From Pocillopora damicornis (Eukaryota): a stretch of DNA of 64,000 nucleotides. The notes beneath the pieces were generated by a model. The model had not been told where the DNA came from. It did no database searches and worked only from the letters and a program-made list of their open reading frames with translations. The stretch's first letter is position 1. Each line of letters begins with the position of its first letter. This document shows, piece after piece, positions 36,092 to 50,202 of the stretch. The stretch lies in NCBI RefSeq assembly GCF_003704095.1, contig NW_020844494.1, forward strand, positions 124,001 through 188,000, read 5' to 3'. Made by a program: the position numbers and the translations under genes.

Positions 36092-39000
36092 ATGTTGTCA
36101 GCTGCTGTACTGTTGGCACTGGTGACTGTATCTGTGGCTTCTGAAGGTAAAATGACTTGTTTTCTGAAGAAACGTGTTATCTCTTGCTAAAGTTTAAGAG
36201 TCTACTTGAGGGGACCATTTTTGAAAGACTTGAAAATTTATTTCTTGTTTATTTTAATGTAATTGATCATTGAAAGTCGCCACCCTTTAAAAACACTCTT
36301 GGAAACAATGGGGGAAAATACCCCTCGTAGAAGCAAGATGAGAAAAGGCACGAATAGGTCACTGATTGATCCCTTTAGCTGTCTTTGAAACTAGAAAATA
36401 CTTGTTCTCGTTTTTTTTCAATTTTCATTTCATCAAATGAGATGTGTTCATCCAGTTGTATGACTTTGGTGTGAGTGAAAGTGCATCCTGACAATGACTG
36501 CTGTGAACAGCAACACCGTTGCCTGGATACATTTCAACGATACTTGCAATGTTTGATGCTCACTTGAAGTGTCATCTCTTTTTTCTAATTTATCTCGCGA
36601 TACTCGTAAAATTTAAAGCCTTTCTTTCATCCAGACGTCGAACAAGAAACTGGTACCAGCAATTTTGAAAGGCAACCCCATCAAAACGATCAAGGCAACC
36701 TGTAATGGCATGGCACTCTGTTCAAGGGGGGTCAAAACTTTTCACCCTGAGGAAAGCCACAATCAAGAAACCCACCAACTTGTTCCTCGAATGAATGTTG
36801 AGAAGAGGGTAAAGCTGGAGTTTCTGATCTAAAAGTCTCCAATCATCATAAGACCTTCTCTAGCTGGGGAAAACTTAAGAAATTCTCGTTTTAAACCCTT
36901 TGAATCCAGCTTGATCTTAATTAGCTTAAAAAGAAGCGACTTTCTGCGGCGTGATTGTATCTGATGACATATGTTTCATTCCTTCTTCATCTCAACAGGA
37001 GCAAAGTGGAAGTACGGGGAAACAGACCGTCACGGTACAGACAACAGAGTCTTGAAGTATAGATTAACAATTCATTTGCTGTATGCTGGTTTATTCCAGA
37101 TATTCAAGATTTTTCGCATGCTTTAAAACTATTGTAAATAAATCTCGTACCCAGATTCTACCGAGTAATTAACTGAAATGTATCCGCTCGGCCGTGGAAT
37201 GTCTGGGTACGAGACTATAATACTACTCATACAAACAAATGAAAACATAGTATTTACTTTGTGCTCAAAAATCTATTTAATATAATCCCTTATTTTCCTA
37301 TTAACGCTGATATTCCTAACAGGTTATGGTCCACCTGACTGGGGTAAAGTTTCAAAATACTGCGATTACACCGCCCAGTCCCCCATAAATATCGAGACTC
37401 CGGTTAAGAAAGATGCAAGTCTCAAGGGACTCAGAATTACAACCAAGAATAGAAATGGAAGGGTCAGCGGAGACATAAAAAACAATGGTCATGCGCCTAC
37501 CCTAACTATTGACAAAGGCAAGGCTAGACTCACCGGGGGTCCCCTTGGAGATAGCGTGTATATGCTCCAGCAGTTCCACTTTCATTTCGGTTGTGATTAC
37601 GACGAAGGATCAGAACACCTCGTGAACGGAAAGGCATATCCTGGAGAGGTACGCAATGGTAGCTCTTGTTTTCCATACGTAATCACGGCGGGAGGCGTCA
37701 GCACTACGACCACTAACTGAAAGCACCCGTGACAAATTGTTCCTCTGCTACAGGTGCATAAGGACTAGTCATCATTGATCACCTCACCTGGGGAGAGAGT
37801 GACGGTTTTTATTGTTGGAGGATGGATTACATGGTTTTCAGGGGTAACGGAGGGGGAATTAGTCGTCGTTAAAAAATCGACCGCCATTAACCGCCAATGA
37901 GGGGGAAATATAGACATATTCACAGAGCCTTCGGAGGGGTCGACAAATTTAATTATGACCCAATCAAAATCCTCCAGCTCCCATCCCCCCTCAACTCCAT
38001 ACCATCCCCCCTCCACCCCCTCCCATCCCCCCTCAGGCGATAACGACCGGTCTCTTAAGTCGTTCCGTCAGTCTCTAATTTTGAGATTGGATTTCTTACT
38101 GCAATTTAATTAAGTCAAGTCAGTCAAAGCAAGATGACATTTACTAATCACAATCGAGGAAAATATCTAATCTCGTGTCCAGGTTCTACCGTTAAGTGCT
38201 TGTCCGTGGAAGGTCTGGGTACAAGACCTGAAAATGTCACTGGCTATGAAGCAAACTGTGTGAAGCGTGGAATACGCGAGTGGCTATTAATCTTGTATGG
38301 CTCTAGTTTGGCATCTGGTCGGCAGATCAGCGAGGAACTATTTACAATATTGTACTTCATGTATAATTTTAATTTATCGTCTTGTAGCTCCATTTGGTGA
38401 CTTATAACACAAAGTACGCTGATTTTGATACCGCTGCGTCCCAATCCGATGGACTGGCTGTGATTGGCGTTTTCTTTGAGGTATGTCTGGAAATATCATA
38501 CATGTTGCTATATTAACTTTACCAGGTATTTTGTTAGTGATGAATTTGGAAAAAAAGAAAATTTTTCCTGGAATAGCAACTGTTCCTAAAATGAAAGGAA
38601 TCAGCCGCATGGTGGAATCGGTAAGGGTTGGGGAAGACTGGGGTAGAGAGGTAAAGTTGAAGTTGAAGTCATCGCAATTGAGGAAATTGAAAATTGGATT
38701 GATTGAAGAAAAATGTACATCAACAGCTTTTCTTTAGTGAGATCATTTGCATACCTGTAAAAAATACCTCGTACAGTTGCAAGGGATTTATTTCTGCTCC
38801 ACGACAAACATTAGAGTTGGCAACGCTCGACATTAGTGCACTAGTATACTTCATACAGCACATTGTACAAAAGGCAGCAACAAGGGTCAGATTTCAATGG
38901 TTAGGGAACTAACGCTAAGTATTGGCTTGGGAGATGGAGTGAATCATTCTAAGAGGAACATCTTTCAGTTAAAAACTTCTAAGACGATGATATCTTTAAT

Positions 39001-40162
39001 GTGAAAACATGCTTCCTGTTTCAGGAAACGAAGAAAAGAGAAAAAGGGAAAGGAAAAAAGCACTATACCATCCGCAAACTTTACTCAGCTCTGAAAAAAA
39101 TAAAGGACGTTGGTGAGGCTTTAGCAACTTACATCATCTTATATATCCACTTATAAATCCGTTTGTCTCGCGCCGTAGAGCCTGTTAATTCAAGAGTAAA
39201 GCTATCAATCAGAGATAAAGATGTTTCCACTGCTCTACTTTCTTTTCTCCCAAGACCATCCATAGATTTTCAAGCAGAAGTTTCATGAAGTAACACAACA
39301 TCAACGGAAGGGTATTTTTTTATTTGAAACTAGATTTTCAGAACCAAAATTAAACGAAATGTATGGCAGACAGTGTCGAGAATTTATACATAGATATTGG
39401 AAGCAAAAAGGTTAAACATTTATAACATCAGGGCAGCTAATACAATCACTTTCTCTCCCAGGTGCCGAAGCTTCAGTCAAAAACATAGCGCTGCTCGACT
39501 TGGTTCCAGAACTGAAAGATCTCTCATCGTTCTACTCCTACAAGGGTTCCCTTACCACCCCTCCCTGTTATCAATCAGTTAACTGGATTGTACTGAAAGA
39601 ACCCATCAAACTCCGTAGTTTTGTGGTAAGAACATTTTTATGCTATTTTTCTGCTTGTTAACATTTAAACACTATTTAAGTGCCTGAAAAATTAGCACTT
39701 ACGCGTTTCACATATCGCCTACTAAAGCATTCAAACGCACTAGAGTCCAATTTTAGACACTAGTGTCTGAATTAAGAAACTTGTGTCCGATTTTAGATTT
39801 TAGACACAAGTGTCCGTTATTAGATTCTAGTGTCCCATTTTAGATATTAGTGTCTGGTTTTTCAGATTTTATACACTAATGTCCGATTTTAGGACGATAA
39901 GCAGCACCTGACGTGTCTAAATTGGACCCTTTTTTCTTTCGTGATGCTACTGACACTTGTGTTTAAAGTTATCTATACCCAAAAAGTCCCCAGCCTTCTA
40001 TAACTTTTGTTTTTTCCGATCTTCTATCCACAGTTAATGTGATTTTTTTTTCAGTTCGGCGCCATGAGGAGACTGAAAAACGGAGAGGGAGGCCTTATGT
40101 GTGGAAACTTCAGACCACCTCAGAAACTCAACGGACGTGTTGTTTCTGAACTCGACGGATGA
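36092..40162 (+). CDS. Secreted alpha-carbonic anhydrase, paralog A (complete)
   Basis: Exons 36092-36146 (signal peptide [18 protein letters not shown]), possible 36635-36652, 36999-37034, 37323-37648, 38388-38480, 39025-39112, 39462-39625 and 40055-40162. Motifs [51 protein letters not shown] and [11 protein letters not shown] are present, with all three Zn-ligand His intact. Confidence 0.93.
39750..39895. repeat. Degenerate ~20-bp tandem repeat (ttttagacactagtgtccga) in CA intron; counterpart at 46380-46540
   Basis: Repeated self-complementary core gacac(t/a)agtgtc. Confidence 0.7.
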
Positions 40163-41916
40163 GCCCAAGAATCAACTTGCAACTACTTAACACTATAGTA
40201 GCTAATTTACATCCTGCAAGAGAATATAAACTCTTATAATCGCCTAGATACTCTTAGCTAGATTGTGACGTATTCTGGGGGTTTCTTTCTTAAGCAAGGA
40301 TTGTTAGCGACATCCAAATAAATTGCATTTATCGGATTTGTTTGACTATTACTGTTTATTCAAAAGAAAATTATTTAAATCGCCAAGAAAATTATGATGG
40401 TAGACTTAATGACTCTTTAAAAGAAAGGAACATTTATCACAAATCTCTACCGAATGGGGATCAGTTCCTTAGAGCAAGATACCGTATCCCAAAGACATTT
40501 CAGTCATAATGATAATAAACGTTGTGAATAATTTATTATTATTGTTCATATGGTTCCATTTCTTAAAAAAAAAAACGAACAAAACAAGATATTCTTAGTC
40601 CAGGAAGAAATTATTATGAAACCCGATGAAATGGCAAAGAGATATTTTGCGTTTATCGTGATTTGGAAGTAAAAACCTTCTTCCTTCTGAAGAAAGAATG
40701 GAATGCTTGCCTTTCTACACGAGCTTCAAAACAGTTAAGGTTTTAAGGATCTGGATCTGGAAAAGTTCATCATCCTTAAAATCATAACTCTTTAGTGTCA
40801 CCTCTTTCGTCTATACTTATATGCTAACTTACCGTAGAGAAAAAAATTACTTTGACACAAGAGTGAACTTTGACAAGATACCTTCGTGAAACGGTTTTAG
40901 ACTTGCTTCGTTTGGTTCAGTTTCATCGGTCTAAAAATTGTTTGTTTGACCATGATTTTATCTTGAGTGAGTGTTTAAAAATTAAAGAAAATACCATTAG
41001 ACAAATCTTAGATTTCTTTGTTTGGAGAAGAACTCTGTCTTTTTTAGTCAATCGAAAACAGCTGATGCAAAAAAGGAAAGTGATCTATGTCATTCTGAGA
41101 TTCTGAAAAAAAACAAGCAGCAAATTGATAGTTACTTTGTAAAAATTAGATTATTATTCTTTGATTAATTCACAATTCGTTTCGGCAATTTTGTAGTTTA
41201 CTTACTTGATAAAGTTTCTTATCAGCCTTGATTAAGCGGTTGTTCAGTCGTTTCAGATTGATTTAAGACTATAGCTGTAATTTAACCAATATATCGAAAA
41301 AATCATGCCTCACTGTAAAAACACAAAACCTCTGATTTGACAATTTTTTAGCATCCTGGCTCTCATCCCATTTATTTCTTCTCCAAGTTGAAAGCTGGCG
41401 CTCGATTTTAGAGTTTAGATTTAAAACTCTCAAAGCTCTAGTCCCTTTGATTATTCCTTTGTCACCACCTACTCTGTAAGAAGAAAAATTTGATCTTGAA
41501 ATGAAATTTGGCTATAAAATACGCGACTATGACAAAAATTCGTTCAAACAAGAAATTTATTTGATCGTGATTGTTATCTGTGAAGCACAAGTAGGGATAA
41601 AGTTTGATATCATTAAAAGATCCTCTCTGCAAAATTATTCGACGGCTTAAAGTCCCTGAAATTAACGCACGACTCCTTAGTAGCTGTCGGTCAAATATTT
41701 TCCCAGGCTGAACATGCTCATGATGCTACTTGTTCCAAACCTCTGACTATAATCTTGACAAAATGCTTTCAGGAAGCAAATGCCTTATTTCAAGCTGTAA
41801 CCCACATTGATGAGTCNNNNNNNNNNNNNNNNNNNNNNNNNNNNNNNNNNNNNNNNNNNNNNNNNNNNNNNNNNNNNNNNNNNNNNNNNNNNNNNNNNNN
41901 NNNNNNNNNNNNNNNN

Positions 41917-43552
41917 ATGCTGGCTGGCTGCACTGTTCTGGCTTTGCTGTCTGCACAGGGTGTTCTTGCTTGTCCGATTCCTCCATTTCAATGGTTACGA
42001 GCTCAACAAATTTCTTCATGTGAGCTACATTACGCATTTCGTTGTTGCCATTGGCGTCTCGTACGAGAACAGCATTTCCATCCTTGTGAGTGACAACAGA
42101 CGGATCTAGCTCGTAATTAGGCGGGAGCTTGTCGTCTAGCGTCTGCTTCAATAACACTTTGTCTTCTGCTTTAATGTCACTGTATTTAGCTGCTCGTGTC
42201 TTGTCCGCATATTCTTTTTGTCGAAGTTTCGCACGTGCATCTCTTTCTCTTAGCTGCTGCTGCTAATATGGCTCTGTTGCTCGCTCTTTGTAGAATTCAA
42301 CTTGAGGAAGTTTGTCTCGCAGTTTCCTCCCCATAAGCAGTTCTGCAGGGGACATTCCAGTAACAGTGTATGGAGTAACTCTGTACTGAAACGGAAAGTC
42401 CTGAAGGGCCTTCCGCCAGTCTCTCGCTTCAAGTCGGGAAATCCGCACAATTTTCAAAAGGGTCTCATTGCAACGTTCCACTTCTCCATTGCTTTGCGGC
42501 CAGTACGGTACACCCTTCTTGTGTTCAATCCCCAGATATTCCAAGAAGGCTTCAAACTCTTTCACTCCGAATGGGGGTCCATTATCGCTACGGACGGTTC
42601 CTGGTAATCCATGTGTTCTGAAGATAGCTTCCATAGACTTAATCACGTGTTGAGCATCTGTTTTCTTCAGAAGGATAGCTTCCATCCAACGGGAACGGTA
42701 ATCCACCACTACCAGGAGGTGCTCGCCATCTGATATGTCAAGGAGATCGATTGAAATATCTTGCCACGGTCCCTCAGGCAGTTTTATCGATCTCACAGGT
42801 TCTGGTTTGGCTCTTGGTCCTACAAGCTGGCTGGGATAACAAGCTAGTATCAACTCTTCCACCTGCTTATAAATCCATTTGAGGCCATCACACTTTCTCT
42901 CGCAATCTGGCCTTGGTTCTGACCATTCCCTGGTGACCTTCATGAGCCAGCACAATGATTTGCTTCCAAAGGTTCTCAGGCATCTTAATACGATTTCTCC
43001 TCATCACAGTTTGTCCTATCAGCCACAGCTCATCTTGTACTGCTTTGTAAATGGTTCCTGACAATCGGTTCCAGTCACCGGTGATAATGGCCTGGCGCAC
43101 TAGCTGCAAGGTTGGGTCATTTTCTAAGGCAATCACTACTTGCTTTGGTACTAATGCAGCCGGCACAGCTTCTCTTGCAACGCTGTGTGCAAATCTTTCG
43201 TGCTTTCATCTTGGGTCTGGCCAACAGAGAGACAGCTGAGAACATCTGCTGCATTATCTTTTCCCCTAATGTGAGTCAACTCGTACTGGTACTGCTGCAA
43301 ATAAAGGAGCCACCTCTGTGTTCGGGCTGATGGAGGTTTGGACTTTGGGCTGAGGACTATCACTAAGGGTTTGTGATCTGTACAGATCTCGAACTTAATC
43401 CCATATGGGTACAGGTGGAACTTCTCGCAAGCCCAACTGACGGCTAAGGCTTCTCTTTCAAACTGTGAGTATCGTTTTTCAACCTTACTGAGTTTGCGAC
43501 TGGCGTAATAGATAGGCCTGTAACTCCCATCCTCTTGCTCTTGTTCAAGTAT
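41917..43552 (-). mobile_element. Degenerate Ty3/Gypsy LTR-retrotransposon pol fragment (RNase H - integrase)
   Basis: RNase H YASRKLSKVEKRYSQFEREALA..TDHKPL, integrase zinc finger AHEGHQGMVRTKARLR and core IDLL..VVDYRSRW..SDNGPPF..PQSNGEVER. It is broken by frameshifts and stops and flanked by gaps, so LTRs are not visible. Confidence 0.92.
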
Positions 43553-43652
43553 NNNNNNNNNNNNNNNNNNNNNNNNNNNNNNNNNNNNNNNNNNNNNNNN
43601 NNNNNNNNNNNNNNNNNNNNNNNNNNNNNNNNNNNNNNNNNNNNNNNNNNNN

Positions 43653-46600
43653 CACCGGGGGTCCCCTTGGATATAGCGTGTTTATGCTCCAGCAGTTCCA
43701 CTTTCATTTCGGTTGTGATTACGACGCGGGATCAGAACACCTTGTGAACGGAAAGCCATATCCTGGAGAGGTGCGCAATAGTAGCTCTCGAAACTTTTTG
43801 TTTTCCATACGTTAGCATTACGACCACTAACTGAAAACATTCGTGACAAATTGTTCCTCTCTCTCACAGGTGCTTAGGGACTAGTCATTATATATTGATC
43901 ACCTCACCTAGGGAAGGAGTGAAGGTTTTTTTGTTGGAGGATGGATTACATGGTTTTCAGGGGAAACGGAGGGGGGAATTAGGNNNNNNNNNNNNNNNNN
44001 NNNNNNNNNNNNNNNNNNNNNNNNNNNNNNNNNNNNNNNNNNNNNNNNNNNNNNNNNNNNNNNNNNNNNNNNNNNNNNNNNNNNNNNNNNNNNNNNNNNN
44101 NNNNNNNNNNNNNNNNNNNNNNNNNNNNNNNNNNNNNNNNNNNNNNNNNNNNNNNNNNNNNNNNNNNNNNNNNNNNNNNNNNNNNNNNNNNNNNNNNNNN
44201 NNNNNNNNNNNNNNNNNNNNNNNNNNNNNNNNNNNNNNNNNNNNNNNNNNNNNNNNNNNNNNNNNNNNNNNNNNNNNNNNNNNNNNNNNNNNNNNNNNNN
44301 NNNNNNNNNNNNNNNNNNNNNNNNNNNNNNNNNNNNNNNNNNNNNNNNNNNNNNNNNNNNNNNNNTCAATTTGATTGAGTACCGTCAGTCAAAGCAAGAT
44401 GACATTTACCAATCACAACAGAGGAAAATATCTAATATCGTGCCCGAGTCTATCACCGTTTAGTGCTTATCCGTGGAAGGTCTGGGTACAACACTTGAAA
44501 ATATGACTGGCTATGAAGCAAACTGTGTGAAGCGTGGAAAACGCGAGTGGCTATTAATCGTGTATGGCTCTAGTCTGGTATCTGGTCGGCAGATCAGAGA
44601 GGAACTATTTACAATATTGTACTTCATGTATAATTTCAATTTATCGTCTTTTAGCTCCATTTGGTGACTTATAACACAAAGTACGCTGATTTTGATACCG
44701 CTGCGTCCCAATCCGATGGACTGGCTGTGATTGGCGTTTTCTTTGAGGTATGTATGGAAATATCATATATGTTGCTATATTAACTTTACCAGGTATTTTG
44801 TTAGTGATGAATTTGGAAAAATAAAAAATTTTTCCTGGAATAGCATCTGTTCCTAAAATGAAAGGAATCAGCCGCATGGTGGAATAGGTAAGGGTTGGGG
44901 AAGACTGGGGTAGAGAGGTAAAGTTGAAGTTGAAGTCATCGCAATTGAGGAAATTGAAAATTGGATTGATTGAAGAAAAATGTACAGCAACAGCTTTTCT
45001 TCAGTGAGATCATTTGCATACCTATAAAAAATACCCCGTACAGTTGCAAGGGATTCATTCCCGCTCCACAACAAACATTATAGTTGGTAACGCTTGACGT
45101 TGGCGCGCAAGTAAGACTTCATACTGCATATTGTACAAAAGGCAGCAACAAGGGTCAGATTTCAATAGTTAGGGGACTAACGCTAAATATTTGCTTGGGA
45201 GATGAAGTTCATCACTCCAAGAGGAACATCTTTCAGTTAAAAACTTCTAAGACGATGAGATCTTTAATGTGAAAACATGCTACCTATTTCAGGAAAAGAA
45301 GAAAGGAGAAAAAGGGAAAGGAAAAAAGCACTATTATGCCCTCCTCAAACTTTACTATGCTCTGAGAAGAATAAGGGATTTTGGTAAGGCCTTAGCAGCT
45401 TGTATCATTTTATATATCCGCTTACATATTCGTTTGTGTCACGCCAAAGAGTCTCTATAAATTCAATGGTCAAGGTATCAATTAGAGATAACGAAGTTTC
45501 CACTGTTCTACTGTTAGTCTTCGTCACGTGATGAGGTTCAATGATTGCGCGTCGCTATAAAGGGATAGTTAGCTGCTATTGGTGCGTTTTGGCGATATCT
45601 TATTAGGGCATTTTGATCCTCGTTGCATTTCGACAAGTAGATGTTGGTTCCTCGCAGGAGTTCTAATGTTGTCATTTCATTGCCCACTGTGCGGGTATCG
45701 TGCAAGGAATAAAAACAAAAAAGTTTTAAATAACAATACCCTATACGAAACATAACTTAAATACGAAGATCGTTAACACGACGATATCTTGAGAATATCC
45801 TTCTCCCATCACGGATCCAGAGTGTCCACACTACTCAGCCAAACTCATTACTCCTAATAGTGACCAAAAGAGAATTTCTCCCTAGAACATCCATAGATTT
45901 TCAAGCAGAAGTTTCATGAGAAGTAACACAACATCAACGGAAGGGTATTTTTTGATTTGAAAGTAAATTTTCAGAACCAAAACTAAACGAAATGTATGGC
46001 AGACAGTGTCGAGTATTTATACCTAGATATTGGAAGCGAAAAGGTTAACCATTTATAACATTAGGGCAGCTAATACAACCACTTTCTCTCTCAGGTGCCG
46101 AAGCTTCAGTCAGATACATAGCACTGCTCGACTTGGTTCCTGAACTGAAAGACCTCTCATCGTTCTACTCCTACAAGGGTTCCCTTACCACCCCTCCCTG
46201 TTATCAATCAGTTCGCTGGATTGTACTGAAAGAACCCATTAAATTCCCTGGTCCTTTGGTAAGAATATTTTTATGCTATTTTTCTGCTTTTTAACATTTA
46301 AACACTATTTAAGATCCTGAAAAATTAGTGCTTGCGCGTTTCACATATCCTACTAAAGCATTCAAACGCACTAAAGTCCAATTTAAGACAAGAGTGTCCG
46401 AAATCGGAAATTTGCGTTCGATTTTAGATTTTAGACACAAGTGTCCGATTTAAGACACAAGTGTCCGTTACTAGACACTAGTGTTCTATTTTAGATACCA
46501 GTGTCTGATTTTATATTTTAGACATAAGTGTTCGATTTTAGGACGATAAGCAGTACCTGACGTGTCTAAATTGGACCCTTTTTCCTTTGTGAAAGTTATG

Positions 46601-46833
46601 CTATTAACAGTTCACAGAGCACAAACGTTTGCGTTTAAAGTTATCTATACCTAAACAGTCCCCAACCCTCTGTAACTGTAGTTTTTTCCGATCTTCTATT
46701 CACAATTAATGTGATTTTTTTCCAGTTCGGCGCCATGAGGAGATTGAAAAACGGAGAGGGAGGCCCCATGTGTGGGAACTTCAGACCACCTCAGAAACTC
46801 AACGGACGTGTGGTTTCTGAATTCGACGGATGA
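43653..46833 (+). CDS. Alpha-carbonic anhydrase, paralog B (5' exons missing in gaps)
   Basis: Exons (gap)-43770, 44655-44747, 45293-45383, 46095-46258 and 46726-46833 form an open frame with intact [18 protein letters not shown]; close copy of paralog A. Confidence 0.9.
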
Positions 46834-47996
46834 GCTCAAGAATCAACTCGCAATAGCTTAACACTACAGTAGTTGATTTAGATTCTCCAAGAGAATATAA
46901 ACAGTTTATAATCTCCTAGATACTCTTAGCTAGATTGAGTGACGTATTTTGGAGGTTTCTTTCTTAAGCGAGGATTGTTTGTAACAACGAAATAAACTGC
47001 ATTTATCGGATATGTTTGACTATTACTGTTTATTCAAAAGGAAATGAGTCAAATCCCCGCGAAAATTATGATAGTAGACTTAATTATTCTTGAAAAGAAA
47101 GAAATATTTGTCATGAATCTCCATCGAATGGGGATTCCCCACAGTAAGGCACCGTATCCCAAAGACATCTCAGTGGTAATGACGACGGATAGAAACGAGC
47201 GAAGCGTTTTGCTTTAAACTTGATCACCTTTCCTTGTTCCTCTGTTAAGAAATTGACAAACCATACCCTTTTGTTCACACCAGTGGCAACTTTCTTACCT
47301 TCCTTTGCAACTCAGCTCTTTTTATTCTCACCGCTGAGTTCACATATACCTCTTTCGTGAAATAAGTATTCTTTAGGGACAACCCTGAAAACCCTTTTAC
47401 GGTGTGCGAAACCTCACGAACGAAATGCTGAGCGGGGGGGACAAAACTCACAGACACTTTTGGTGGAGAGAGTTTGGATAAGCTTTAGCACCGCTGGCTA
47501 TAACTGCTAACTTTTCCCTTTTTAACCCTCTTCCTCGAGAGTCAGNNNNNNNNNNNNNNNNNNNNNNNNNNNNNNNNNNNNNNNNNNNNNNNNNNNNNNN
47601 NNNNNNNNNNNNNNNNNNNNNNNNNNNNNNNNNNNNNNNNNNNNNACAGAAACAATATAATCTCATTCCCTGTATACAAGACAGTAACATTTGGTATTCA
47701 TACAAACCCTAGTACGGAAATATCTTCTTCTGTTTGACTTCGAGAACATAGGAAATCGTGAATGATACATCGGTGAAATACGTTATCATCTGTTCATCAT
47801 TTTATGTCTAACACAGTAATTATCAGATTATGGTAAAATGTTGAATAAAGGAAATGTTCGCTTATGATTATTAAACAAATTCTCCCTGTCATTAACATAT
47901 GAAATGTGTTGAGTTGAGTATGGAGAATATGCATACTGATGTTAGAGTGTAAAGGATTCTAGTTCTTCATGGGAAGTTACTTTATCCGTGTCTTAC

Positions 47997-50202
47997 CAGC
48001 CTTCCTTATGTATCGCGTTGCTCCACTTATAATTTTTAACGAATAACTTGAGTCATCCTCATCATCTCCCTTCGATTCAAAACAAAAAACCGTCGCTGGG
48101 TCAAAACTGTGTCGAAATATCTATAAGACCTGCTGGTACGGTAACCAGCTGCTGTTCGGGAAATGGGCTTATGCTCCTCCCCTGAAGTCACTCTACTCGG
48201 GAGAATCGAAAACCGAACTCGAAAGTGAGGCGGAAATCAAGTTGAGTAACTATAATAACGGTGTGAAATCGAATCTTGAAAGTTTTAAACGTGTTTTTAT
48301 CTCGATCAGACAGAGTCTCCATGTTCATGATGTAGTATTCATATTTTCCGCTCAGACCTTACTATCGTTTTATTATACAAGTTAAAGAATGGTAAGGTGC
48401 AGTTGTTAAAATAAAGAACAACACTGTTCACAGAAATTGGTGTTCAGTGGATGATTGCTGAGAAACTAAACTACATTTGATTCCCGAAGACCGGGCCATG
48501 GTTGTTAAATATGACTCGTTGACTCGTTAGAAAACCAAGGGCGTAGCTGGNNNNNNNNNNNNNNNNNNNACTAAGTAAAACACTGTGTGGAGAAGGACAT
48601 GAAAATCTGCTGAGTACCCTCTGTTTAACGAAGTGTGAACTCCCCCTTGGAAAAATTCTGGTTACGCCCCTGCCGACGGATTTGTCTGTTGACTATGCAC
48701 TTCGTTCAAAAGCATTCCAACCTTTTTGAGTGGACGGACCAATAAAGAAATCCCATCGATTTATTTAGTCAGCGTGTGTGAACACAAAACAAAAGTAGAG
48801 CTCAATAAGAAAAATTGAAACATAAATTGCAGCACTTCTGTTTTCACCGTTGATTTTTGCTGGCTTTCCTCACCATTCATCAGCGCTAGGTTGACTTGAA
48901 ACAAAATGATAACATCTTTTTTACCTGTAAAAAGACACCAATCACAGCCAGTCCGTCTCGTTTGTCCACAGCAGTTTTAAAATCTCCATACTTCGTGTTA
49001 TAGTGCACCAAATGAAGCTGAAAAGGAAAAGCATGTTTTACCATTTACCTTGAACTTAAACAACAAAGATGTTCAACTATAAAATACTTATACTTTTAGG
49101 AAAACTGAGTATTTGGCAACTCACACTAAAACTGTGATCTCGTTCGGATATGGACAGAAATTTTCTCGTTTCGTTGCTTTATAGATATCGTTCGCAAAGG
49201 CAACCTTTTTTATACAGGCTCGCTACATAAATTCGATCATCTCCTTATTGCCCCTCCAGATAATGCTCTAATCACTAATTGTGTCCCATTACCTCTCCTG
49301 AGAATGCCTTTCCGTTGACAGTGTGTTCAGATCCTTTGTTGTTCTTACAACCAAAATGAATGTGCAACTGCTGAAGCTTATACACGCTGTTCCCCAAGGG
49401 ACCTCCGGTGAGTGTTGAAGTACCCCTTGGTTTATCTATTGCCAGGGTAGGAGCATGACCATTGTTCTCTAGAACACCGCTGACTCTTCCATACCGATTC
49501 TCAGCTAAAAACCGGAGTGCCTTCAGACTTCCGTCATTTTCCACCGAGCGGGTTTCAATATTTATTGGGGACTGGGCGCTCCCGTCACAAAACTTTGAAA
49601 CCTTTCCCCAGTCTTTCGGACCATAGATTTTATGGACTTTGTCTGCGTATAAAATTAAATACATGTTTGCAAAGACTCGTGATCACTTTATGTTTAGATG
49701 AAAAGATAATTGCCATTAATACGTTTTGCGAATTTCAAGTTCAATTCTTAACATTACAGTTCAGTTGAGTATTCTAAATTTATTATTAATAACATATCCA
49801 CATATATCTATATATCAAGTCAGTAAAAAACTCCAAGGACGTCTTTTAAAAGAAGCAACTCATAATACCTGTTTCACCATATTTCCACTTGGTCCCTGGG
49901 AAGTAGAAAAGAAAGGAAAAATAAATTATTGTTTCTGTCTTTTGAGTATTTACGCGCACAAGTTAAAGTTAAGTTATCCCTAACATTTTTATATTCCACT
50001 CGTAGAAAGAAAAACTAAACACCAAAGCATAAGTTTTGTACAAGTGTAATTTAATTTAATTTATTCAAAAGATAGATTTAATTTCTGCAATTCTCTAATG
50101 CTAGCAAATAGTTGTTAAACAATCCTAAGCCCATATGAGCATCATACCTTGTGCGGTCAGGGCTGAACCCACGAGAACAGATAATATAACGATTTGGAAC
50201 AT
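47997..50202 (-). CDS. Secreted alpha-carbonic anhydrase, paralog C (last two exons not seen, probably in gap 47546-47645)
   Basis: Exons 50202-50148 ([18 protein letters not shown]), 49895-49869, 49642-49293 (QSPINI, NNGH, QLHIHFG, GSEH), 49017-48925 (LHLVHYN..DGLAVIG) and 48069-47997. Confidence 0.9.

Larger units (their letters stand above)
33402..47180 (+). repeat. Recent tandem segmental duplication (copy A ~33402-40500; copy B ~40689-47180) containing the CA gene
   Basis: Upstream (33402-35385 vs 40689-41816), intronic (38140-39240 vs 44385-45512) and 3' flanking (40160-40500 vs 46831-47170) sequences align by eye. Confidence 0.9.

Noticed and set aside
38134-38912. Apparently conserved small ORFs repeated at 44473-45074
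   Set aside because: The similarity reflects the recent segmental duplication of intron sequence, not coding constraint.
43895-44374. Long ORFs containing X runs (also at the other gaps)
   Set aside because: Artefacts of translating N gaps.
47200-47545. Possible missing 3' exons of CA paralog C
   Set aside because: I found no GSLTTPPC or NFRP motif. The exons are probably in the adjacent gap, so pseudogene status cannot be claimed.
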